A stretch of 63,963 nt of DNA, the filler included, from Octopus bimaculoides (lineage: Eukaryota): the NCBI RefSeq assembly GCF_001194135.2. It is 8 parts of 7 records of this genome, joined end to end, with 100 filler letters (N's around TTAATTAATTAA, not from the genome) between each part and the next. Parts side by side here need not be neighbours in the genome. Positions count along the whole stretch, not along the records: positions 53,928 to 60,052 come from NC_068981.1; positions 60,153 to 62,480 come from NC_068987.1; positions 62,581 to 63,963 come from NW_026312131.1; 5 more parts are not named here. The stretch is one strand, 5' to 3'. Positions within the stretch are counted from its first letter, which is position 1. Each line of letters opens with the position of its first letter. Positions 54,711-63,963 of this stretch are shown here, piece after piece. Under the pieces are notes generated by a model. The model saw nothing but the letters and a program-made list of their open reading frames with translations. It ran no database searches and had not been told where the DNA came from. The position numbers and the translations under genes were made by a program.

Positions 54711-55088
54711 TAACAAGAGCACTCAGAGAGTGCAAACCTCCGCCAAGGCAACACCAACGTCCTCTCAACGATTAGCCAGAGATGATTTTTAAAATGAGAA
54801 TATCTGAAATAAACTCGACTGCTCTTACAAATGAGAATACTAAAAAAGAACCCGACCGCTCTCAAAAATTAAGTAAAAAAACCCGGAAAAATAATCCAGA
54901 ATCCTTGTCCGGCACCCGGTCGATCCCAAAATCTAATCAGTTCGTGCTAGTCACAAGGCTAAACATCCCTGAAAGTTTCATCCGAATCCATCCGGCGGTT
55001 CTTGAGATATCTTGTCCACGGACAAACAAACAAACAAACAAACACGACTGAAAATAATACCTCCGCCTTCGCTAAGGTGGAGGTAATA
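54711..55088 (+). mobile_element. Helentron-associated non-autonomous element (HINE-like)
   Basis: 5' subterminal acctccgcc (54736-44), 3' hairpin tacctccgcctt-cgct-aaggtggaggta (55058-85), (caaa)n before the hairpin, and core ccaaaatctaatcagttc..gaaagtttcatccgaatcc. Confidence 0.7.
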
Positions 55089-55296
55089 AGTGTTTCTTAC
55101 GCAGGCATAGGGCCAGAAATTTGTGGTGGAGGGGTGGAGTCAGTCTTTTAAATTGACCTTGGTACTCCGAAAGGACAAAAGGCAAAGTTCACCTCAGTGA
55201 GATTTGAACTCAGGCCGTACAGAACTCGAGTAAATATCGCATTCTTTTTTAATGTTCTAATGATTCTACCAATGTATCGCCGTTTCTTGTAATTAG

Positions 55297-55545
55297 TGGA
55301 TGCGCGTGGTTTAGCGGTTAGGGTGTTGGACTCAATCGTAAGATTGTGGTTTCGATTCCAGGACCAGGCGACACGTTGTGTTCTTGAGAAAAACACTTCA
55401 TTTCATGTTGTTCCAGTCCACCCAGCTGGCAAAAATGTATAATCTTGTGACGGACTGGCGTCCTGTCCAGGTGGGGAATATATACACCATTGAAACCGGG
55501 AAACCTGCGCCCATGAGCCTGGCATGGCTCGAGAAGGAAACATTA
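55297..55545 (+). mobile_element. SINE family C (tRNA head + CORE-like cttgag.aa.cacttcattt)
   Basis: A-box-like TGGTTTAGCGG and B-box-like GTTTCGATTCC. Related copies at 39548-39850(+) and 8340-8500(+). Confidence 0.75.
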
Positions 55546-55719
55546 ATTAATTATTTGTTTATTTATTCTTGTAATAATTACTTCCGATTTTGGCACAACT
55601 TTTGTTGTGGTGGTGGTGGGTAAGACGATGTCATCAAATTTGTACTTCTTCAGTACTTTATTTTATCGAATGTGAAAGAATAAACGAGGACGACAATGAT
55701 GAAATTTAGTTAACTGTCT

Positions 55720-56323
55720 TTGACGAGGCGTAGCAATGGAGAATGATTAAAATTGTGTTTAACTGCTTTCTTGCGGTTTAATATTTGAACTTGATTACTG
55801 GGGTCGTATAGAACACAGTTTAACCTGATTATCAAAGTCTGAAGTGTTGTATTTTTTGATTAAACCGCTTTTTTCTGTGTAATTTTATCAATACAGTACT
55901 TGAGAATAACACTTAGACTGATAAGGGAAGCTATGAGATAATGAGGTTACTTCCACGGCGGACGAAATGCTTAGCTGTGAATTATTGTGAATTATTGTGA
56001 CTACTGCTGTGTTGCTTTGTGAAAACTGTGTGAATTACTGTAAGTTGTCTCTGTAAATAATTCTGATTTTTGTGGAATTATTGCTGTTACGTTTCACGTG
56101 AGCCGCTGCATTTTCCCCAGCAATGGCAAGTGGTAGTGTCTCCAATATGGAGAGCTACGCCTGGGTCACTGCGGCGAGGAAGCCAGTGCCGCTGGAAACC
56201 AAATTGATCAAGTTGGATATGGAGGAGGTGAGCAGAAGCGGGAATTTGATAGAAGTTGAGGGAGACTCATACAAATTGTGCCCCACAAAAGAGACTAAAG
56301 AAGACAAAATGATCTCTGGCTGA
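55720..56323 (+). mobile_element. Possible 5' UTR plus ORF1 start of a non-LTR retrotransposon
   Basis: GC-richer leader, then MASGSVSNMESYAWVTAARKPVPLETKLIKLDMEEV..; the SYA.V start resembles LINE ORF1 proteins; interrupted by the mariner remnant. No diagnostic domain. Confidence 0.3.
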
Positions 56324-56324
56324 C

Positions 56325-56804
56325 CACCTCCCGAAGAAGTTAAAAAGATTATTTTAATTTGTATGTCACACGTTTTGAGATTGTTGCCATCGTGGAAACG
56401 ATAGCAACCCATAAAGACATTCGGCAGAATCGACCGGATCTGTGTAGCACAAAGAATTGGATGCTTCACAACGATGATGTTCCCGATGTCCTCTCCTCAT
56501 CAGTGAGTTTCTCACCGAAAACAACATGGTATCGCTTCCGCATCCGCCCTAAGATGAAAATCGACATCAAAGGTGACTGTTTTAATACCGTTGCTGAGAT
56601 CAAGAGCAAGTCGCAGACGATCCATGACTCGCTTACTGAAAATGACTTCCAGGCCGGACTCCGAAAGTTGCAGAAACACTGGGACGGGTGCACTGCTACG
56701 CAAGGTGACTATTTCGAAGAAGATGATGTTGAAACTTGAGTAAATAAGTTACTTTTTTTTTTATTAAACATAACAGTCCCGGAACATTTTGATACCATGT
56801 CGTA
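56325..56804 (+). mobile_element. Mariner transposase 3' remnant with right TIR
   Basis: DIRQNRPDL..NWMLHNDD..PKMKIDIKGDCFNTVAEIK..LTENDFQAGLRKLQKHWDGC..QGDYFEE; ends gtcccggaacattttgataccatgtcg+TA; internal deletion. Confidence 0.85.
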
Positions 56805-56851
56805 ATTTCAACAGCAGCGATGATTAATTATTAACAACAAATATGAAGTAA

Positions 56852-57014
56852 GGCGTAGGAGTGGCTGTGTGGTAAGTAGCTTGCTTACCAACCACATGGT
56901 TCCGGGTTCAGTCCCACTGAGTGGCATCTTGGGCAAGTGTTTTCTACTATAGCCTCGGGCCGACCAAAGCCTTGTGAGTGGATTTGGTAGACGGAAACTG
57001 AAAGAAGCCCGTCG
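56852..57014 (+). mobile_element. SINE family A head + CORE-like domain running into (TA)n and a gap
   Basis: High-identity head. Similar head-only copies at 8624-8765(+), 16664-16824(+), 29468-29600(+), 34252-34330(-), 36196-36330(-), 38005-38122(-), 41032-41195(-) and 54082-54200(-). Confidence 0.9.
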
Positions 57015-57759
57015 TATATATGTATATATATATATATATATATATNNNNNNNNNNNNNNNNNNNNNNNNNNNNNNNNNNNNNNNNNNNNNNNNNNNNNNN
57101 NNNNNNNNNNNNNNNNNNNNNNNNNNNNNNNNNNNNNNNNNNNNNNNNNNNNNNNNNNNNNNNNNNNNNNNNNNNNNNNNNNNNNNNNNNNNNNNNNNNN
57201 NNNNNNNNNNNNNNNNNNNNNNNNNNNNNNNNNNNNNNNNNNNNNNNNNNNNNNNNNNNNNNNNNNNNNNNNNNNNNNNNNNNNNNNNNNNNNNNNNNNN
57301 NNNNNNNNNNNNNNNNNNNNNNNNNNNNNNNNNNNNNNNNNNNNNNNNNNNNNNNNNNNNNNNNNNNNNNNNNNNNNNNNNNNNNNNNNNNNNNNNNNNN
57401 NNNNNNNNNNNNNNNNNNNNNNNNNNNNNNNNNNNNNNNNNNNNNNNNNNNNNNNNNNNNNNNNNNNNNNNNNNNNNNNNNNNNNNNNNNNNNNNNNNNN
57501 NNNNNNNNNNNNNNNNNNNNNNNNNNNNNNNNNNNNNNNNNNNNNNNNNNNNNNNNNNNNNNNNNNNNNNNNNNNNNNNNNNNNNNNNNNNNNNNNNNNN
57601 NNNNNNNNNNNNNNNNNNNNNNNNNNNNNNNNNNNNNNNNNNNNNNNNNNNNNNTATATATATATATATATATATATATCTGTGTGTATAGTAAATCCCA
57701 AAAAGAAGAACACAGGTACATATAAAGTATTAGCAGACGTTCAGGGAAGGAAAAAAATG

Positions 57760-57794
57760 GTTTAACGTTTCGAGCAAGGCTCTTCTTCAGAAAC
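57760..57794 (-). ncRNA. Minimal type-I hammerhead ribozyme motif within a PLE pLTR-like fragment (about 57680-57865)
   Basis: The minus strand reads gttt-CTGAAGA-A-GAGC-ctt-GCTC-GAAA-CG-TT-aaac; all stems pair. Confidence 0.75.
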
Positions 57795-57884
57795 AGAGGA
57801 AAGTCCAATAGAAAGGAAGACGGAGGAAGAAAATCGCTAACGAATCATATGTGGTTACATTGTGTGTGTGAGAGATTTTGAATT

Positions 57885-57955
57885 TAGTTTACGGACCCCC
57901 AGAACTACCTTTCCGGAATACCATGGATCTGCGGACCCCAGGTTGGGAACCATTG
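57885..57955. mobile_element. hAT (Charlie/MER5-like) terminal fragment
   Basis: ggatctgcggaccccaggttgggaaccattg is the reverse complement of a CAGTGGTTCCCAACC-type hAT terminus. Confidence 0.55.
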
Positions 57956-58415
57956 GTTTAGATGTTAGGGATGATGGGTGGGCATTGTTTGAGGTGTGAT
58001 GGTCATATCGTTCTTGCTAATTGTATTGTTGTGGCTGTTTAGTCTCAAGTCGATCCTCATAGGCCTAAGGTCAAAGACATTTCATTCAACTTTTAAAATA
58101 CACTAAGATACTGTATTACATGTTTTATTTGAAAGAATTTGTTTATCTGCTTCACACTATGTATTACTAACCATTAACTAATTATTGTGATTTGAACTAA
58201 AATGCAAGTGGTCATTGAACTAAGAAGAAAGAGTAGCTTTAAATTGTAAAATATCCAGAATTTGAACTCAATGTCTAGAGACAAGAACCTTTAAAAATGC
58301 AATCGATATATTCTAGCACCCTGTCCCCCACACACCCACTGATTTCATGGAACGGGAATTCTGAAGATATTTCAGATTTGTTTTACTAATCTCTGGAATC
58401 TAGTAATTCGGGAAC

Positions 58416-58770
58416 AGGTATGGCTGAACGAATAAAAAAGTTCGCTTCTCAAGCATGAAGTCTTGGTTTCGATCCTGCCGTGTGGCCCTCTTAACTAACT
58501 AACCCCACTTCCTACACGTAGACTTTTGTTTACATAAGCCTTGTAAGCGAATTTAAGTAGACGAAAACTGTGCGGAAGCCTGTCACATGAAATGTACTCG
58601 CAATTCTAAATGCCCATCTTTATCATATACTGCGTTATACTGATTGTTCACGAGGATTGAGCAAGTGTTTCACGCGTCCACGGAATACTCAGCCACAGGC
58701 ACTGTAGTCCAATGAGCTGGTAGTTCAGTTAATCGAACAACAGCAATACTCATCGTCGAAATCGACGGAG
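58416..58770 (+). mobile_element. Chimeric SINE: family A-like head/CORE with family D-like tail
   Basis: 58416-58585 resembles family A (aagccttgt..agtagacg.aaactg..gaagcc); 58650-58770 resembles the family D tail (ctcagccac..cgacggag). Confidence 0.5.
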
Positions 58771-59782
58771 GATATATTCACTTTATTACAATTCTTCTTA
58801 TAGCCCATCTTCTAGTTTCTATGTAAATCTCTAAATATCCGTTTAAGCAGATAATCCACACTCAAGTTGAAAGCGAGAGCGCCGCACTTGTTCAGGTATA
58901 TGTGGCCCATTGCTCCTCCCCACCCAACTCCCGCTGCTTTACCTCAGCCTCTTTCTTTCTCCATTTCTTTCCTTCTGTCGTCTCTCTTCTTTCCTCTTTA
59001 TTTGTATTTAATTATTTAATAAAGCATACATTTGATTATTTGCTACTTATTCGTCTCTTTTTGCTGGAAAACAGTAAAATTTCCCCCAAATAATGCAAAA
59101 GTTTTCCAAGGGAAGCTACTCAGAATTCGTAACAAAAGTTATTGCCCTTAGATTTCGTAATTTTTTTTTTAAACGCTTTATGGTGTTTATATTATTACTA
59201 ATCCATAATTAATATATAATCAAACATCGTGGATTATTTTAGCGTGACTTCGGTAAATTAAATGAAACGAAACGTGGTTGACAATTCTTTATGCACAATT
59301 ATATAAAGCTACAATATGAAATGCATGTCCACTGAAAAAAAATCAGTCTGTAATTCCAGTTGAAATTCTTATATTTCTGAGGTGAAAAATAAGTTATTTG
59401 AAGTATTAGATTTACTTTAACCAATTCGTTGATATATTTATTATATGATTTGCTGTTTTCATCATAGATTACAGAAAGAGAAAAAGCAAACCACAAAAAT
59501 ATCATGCTACATAACCCCCCCNNNNNNNNNNNNNNNNNNNNNNNNNNNNNNNNNNNNNNNNNNNNNNNNNNNNNNNNNNNNNNNNNNNNNNNNNNNNNNN
59601 NNNNNNNNNNNNNNNNNNNNNNNNNNNNNNNNNNNNNNNNNNNNNNNNNNNNNNNNNNNNNNNNNNNNNNNNNNNNNNNNNNNNNNNNNNNNNNNNNNNN
59701 NNNNNNNNNNNNNNNNNNNNNTATATATTAGGAGAGATACCCGGCGTTGCTAAGGATTAAAATGGCATAGTTAATTTTTAAT

Positions 59783-60000
59783 TCTTTTACTTCTTTCAGT
59801 CATGTGGCAGTAGCCTTGCTGGAGCACCGCCTTTAGTCGAATAAATCGACCCCAGGATTTATTCTTTGTAAGCCTAGTACCTATTCTACCGGAGTCTATT
59901 GTCAAACCGCTGGTTACAGGGACGTAAACACACCAATATAGGTTGTGAAGCGATGGTAGGAGTACAATTACAGACAGACAGACACAGATGCACACACACA

Positions 60001-60052
<52 letters not shown>
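59783..60052 (-). mobile_element. SINE family A tail (head lost in gap)
   Basis: Matches the family A tail. Other tail pieces at 9290-9470, 21005-21090, 29800-29850 and 62581-62625. Confidence 0.8.
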
Positions 60053-60444
60053 NNNNNNNNNNNNNNNNNNNNNNNNNNNNNNNNNNNNNNNNNNNNTTAA
60101 TTAATTAANNNNNNNNNNNNNNNNNNNNNNNNNNNNNNNNNNNNNNNNNNNNAAATTTCAATGAGTATTACTTACTCGGATATAGTCCAACCCTTTGTCA
60201 GCTATTTTTTGTATATGGTGTTTGGGTTTGGGGATGGTCTGTATTTTGATGTAACACGTGTGTTTACGATCGCTGTTCGGGTAGTGGAGGTATCAAGTTA
60301 AAATACATCATTATATTTGGAAAAATAGGAATAAATTTCAATGAGTATTACTTACTCGGGTATAGTCCAACCCTTTGTCAGCTATATTTGGGCTCCATGC
60401 GATGTCTTTATTTCCGATGTTTTTGGATAAGTTTCGGAGCAGTG

Positions 60445-60526
<82 letters not shown>

Positions 60527-60528
<2 letters not shown>

Positions 60529-61205
60529 GGTGGCAAGCTGGCAGAAACACTAGCATGCTAGGTGAAATGCTTAGCAGTATTTTGTCTGTCTTAATGTTCT
60601 GATTTCAAATTTCACTGAGGTCGACTTTACCTTTCATTCTTTCAGGGTCAATAAATTAAGTACCAGTGAAACACTGGGTCTTGATGTAATCGACTAGTCC
60701 CCTCCCCAAAAATTTTAGGCCTTGAGCCTTTATTAGAAAGGATTATTATTATTGTTTAAGGTGGTGAGCTGACAGACTCGTTGGCATACTGGGCAAAATG
60801 CTTAGTGGCATTTTGTCCCCTTCATGTTCTGAGTTCAAATTCCGCCAAGGTTGACTTTGCTTTTCATCCTTTCAGGATTGATAAATTAAGTACCAGTGAA
60901 ACACTGGGAGCGATGTAATCAAGTAGTACAAAATTTCAGGCCTTGTGCCTTCAGTAGAAAGGATTATTATTAAAGGAAATTATTATTGCTGTTGCTGTTG
61001 TTGCAGTGGATTGGCATCAGATAAATAACCTCGCAGCATGTCTTTTTACTCTTTACATTTTAGGTTCAAATACTGTCAATGTCAACTTTGCCTTTCATCT
61101 TTCTGGGGTTGATAAAATAAAGTACCAGCTATGTACTGAGGTTGATGGTGTCACCTAATCCTCTCTCCTCAAAATTTCTGTCCTTGTGTTTCAATCAAAG
61201 AGAAA
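60527..61205 (+). mobile_element. Three head-to-tail SINE family B copies (tail type 2)
   Basis: 60527-60742, 60758-60963 and about 61002-61205; the first two end gaaaggatt(att)n, the third is more diverged. Same subfamily at 16370-16545(-), 41540-41700(-), 52231-52420(+) and 55090-55280(-). Confidence 0.85.
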
Positions 61206-61633
61206 TATGTTTTATGCAAGTATCTATTGCACCACTAAGTCTACTTCCATGTTCCAGAGGTATGCACATAATTTTTGTGTAGGGGTGGAATGTAAAATTC
61301 TGTTATACAGAATTGCATTGTTTTTAGATTTGGAGTATTAGTTCCGGTGTTATTTTAATGTTTCATCTCTTTTGTGGAATATGTTGGATGTGAAATGCCT
61401 TATTTTGTTGGAAATGCATTATTTTGATTTGGAAAGGTTGTGTTTGACTATGTGTTTTAATGTCTTAGAATTTGATTGATTTGAGGCTTTGCGCTTATGT
61501 TAGAACACAATCACCATCATTATTATTCCAATATATGAAAATAAATTATCATATTCTACTTATTCTGGTTTTTAGAAGGAAAAAATTTGCAATTATTGGC
61601 TTACCAATATGGTTGATTTTTCTTTGTCAACAG

Positions 61634-61801
61634 AATGGAAAAAAGAAAATATGATAAAATTTCTGAATGAGAACCCTGAATTCCTTGATTCATACGTATA
61701 CTCAAAAGTAAACATAGAACGAATAGAGGAATGGTATCAGCAAAAGACAAGGAATAGCTGCCACAAAATGAATAGAAAAGAGAAAATATATGTTAACAGG
61801 T
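61634..61801 (+). CDS. PDE10A: Internal coding exon of a PDE10A-like GAF-domain cyclic nucleotide phosphodiesterase (N-terminal helix before GAF-A)
   Basis: Pyrimidine-rich acceptor ttgatttttctttgtcaacAG (61632-33) and donor GTAAGT at 61802 (alternative GT at 61800). Open frame (E)WKKENMIKFLNENPEFLDSYVYSKVNIERIEEWYQQKTRNSCHKMNRKEKIYVNR aligns ungapped to human PDE10A [38 protein letters not shown] as recalled (11/38 identical plus F/Y, Y/F, I/V). The PDE5/11 N-terminal helix is the main alternative. Confidence 0.62.
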
Positions 61802-62064
61802 GTAAGTATAATAAATAATTAGATAAAATTTGATTGATGGATTTATTGCTTGATTGAATAATTCATTGGTTACTTGCACAGTTCTTTAATGCCAAAATGA
61901 ACCAAACGAAAGCATGCAGATCTACACAACTGCACAACATGGTAGTAAAAGTAATTAAAATACATGCAAATCACACATTACTGTTTTGAATAAATAACTT
62001 AATAAAATACTAACAGATATACCCGGCGTTGCTTGGGATTAAAATGGAATAGTTTTTTGTTGTT

Positions 62065-62240
62065 TTTATTGTGAAAGTGGCCATGCTGGAGCACCACCTT
62101 TAGTTGAACAGATTGACCCCAAGATCCATTCTTTGTAAGCCTAGTACTTAGTCTATGGGTGTCTTTTGCCGAACCGCTAAGTTACGGAGACATAAACACA
62201 GAAACATCAGTTGTCAAGCGATGATGGAGGTACAAACACA

Positions 62241-62282
<42 letters not shown>

Positions 62283-62460
62283 TATACACATATATACGAC
62301 AGTCTTCTTTCAGTTTCCATGTATGAAGTCCACTCACAAGGCTTTGGTCAGCCTGAGGTTATAGTAGAGGACACTTGCACAAGGTGCCACACAGTGGAAT
62401 TGAACCCAGAACCATGTGGTTGGTAAGCAAGCTACTTACCACACACCCACCCCTGCACCT
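62065..62460 (-). mobile_element. SINE family A, full length
   Basis: Tail, internal (CA)n and head all match family A. Confidence 0.85.
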
Positions 62461-63700
62461 ATAATATATATAGATATATANNNNNNNNNNNNNNNNNNNN
62501 NNNNNNNNNNNNNNNNNNNNNNNNTTAATTAATTAANNNNNNNNNNNNNNNNNNNNNNNNNNNNNNNNNNNNNNNNNNNNGCTCTAGCATGGCCGCAGTC
62601 AAATGACTGAAACAAGTAAAAGAGTAATAAATAGATAAATAAATAAATGAATAAAGATTTTCATAGCTGGAATGCCTTTGATCATAAGTATCCTTGATCA
62701 AGACTGACTCTGGACTAAACAGCAACATAAATGGAATGACATGTTCTAAACTGATAATATGAAAAAGGATACACATTTGGCTAGGCAAGGGTTTATTATC
62801 TCTTCTCTACAACGCCTACCAGCTCAATATATTAAGAAAAAATATCATGATGTATGAGCAGAAATGAAAGAGGCGTGGCTGCAAATGGTTTTGATATGTG
62901 ATAAGGGTGAATGCTGCTTGCCTGCCGACCAGGGTTGTGAGGAGAGCCAATCAGTTAACCAACCAGCCAGACGATATATTAGGAACCCGAAGAAGACTTA
63001 GAAAGAAAGGTGTTGAGAAATTAGAATATATCTCAATGGAATCAACAAATTGGCAGTGACAAAATTATCCAGCTTATATCAACATGAAGAGAGTATTGAC
63101 ATGAATATGATCATGGGGTTTGAATAAAATGGTACGAGAAATCTTCTGCCCAGTTGTGGTCAGTGTCATTAGCAGCGTTGGTTGTGTGTACACATATCAT
63201 GTGGAATAAAGATTATGTGATATATTGTCATGAAGTTTTTGTCATCAGGCAGACTGGATTGATATACAAGCGAACTGACATAAAATGGTTAAGGTTTGTT
63301 ATGATTATGTGTATTATATGTATATATGCACCTGTGTTATGTGCGAGAATGTATATATATGTGTGTGCACATATATATATATGTGTGTGTGTGTATGTAT
63401 GCATTGTATATCTGTATATACATATGCATGTGTGTATGTATGTATGTACATATATACATATATGTATGCATGTATATAAATGTGTATGTATATATATGTA
63501 TACATGTATATGCATATATATGGGCATGCATATAATTATATACATATATAAATGTATATTTATATGCGTGTGTTTATATATGTCAAATAAATATATACAT
63601 GTATATATATGGGAGAATATACAAATAATAACAACAGACGAGGACAGGTGGTGTAAATAACAAAAGGATATATTAGTATGACGCTCGGGAATACGGAAAG

Positions 63701-63737
63701 TCTTTGACATTTCGAGCTACGCTCTTCAACAGAAAGA
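63701..63737 (-). ncRNA. Variant or degenerate hammerhead motif within a PLE pLTR-like fragment (about 63630-63795)
   Basis: The minus strand reads tcttt-CTGTTGA-A-GAGC-gta-GCTC-GAAA-TG-TC-aaaga; core deviations A6U and C15.2U; flanks similar to 57680-57865. Confidence 0.55.
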
Positions 63738-63963
63738 ATACGGAGACAAGGAGAAAAACACGGAGAAAAAAAATTGAATAGTGTTCAGTCAACGGTCAAT
63801 CATATGTCAAATAAATATATACATATGTATATATATATGTATGAATATGTATATATATGTATGTATATATAGATACATATATGTGTATATATATATATAT
63901 GTTTATATATATATGTGTGTGTGTGTATGTACATATATATATGTGTATATATATATATATATA

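Overview
Repeat-saturated, gap-riddled eukaryotic DNA. The SINE families and extreme microsatellite density point to an Octopus-like cephalopod (inference). It reads as intronic or intergenic sequence with only one convincing host exon (61634-61801, +). That exon encodes a helix matching the N-terminal segment of GAF-type cyclic-nucleotide phosphodiesterases, closest to PDE10A. Nearly all long ORFs in the supplied track are artefacts of N-runs and microsatellites. Decayed mobile elements present: Naiad-like Penelope RT and GIY-YIG pieces, R4/Dong RT and REL-endonuclease pieces (three of the four sit next to (AAT)n), a CR1/L2-type LINE end, mariner and maT (DD37D) transposases, a Tigger-like MITE, a Helentron-type non-autonomous element, a hAT end and at least five SINE families. 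The most notable signal is a set of five minimal type-I hammerhead ribozyme motifs from about four sequence families. One lies inside a tRNA-headed SINE (a Pol III promoter plus hammerhead cassette), one caps a rod-like hairpin, and one lies in a 97-bp foldback. Seven N44-TTAATTAATTAA-N44 blocks are assembly linkers. No rRNA, true tRNA or CRISPR features are supported. All family assignments come from motif recognition by eye, not database searches.
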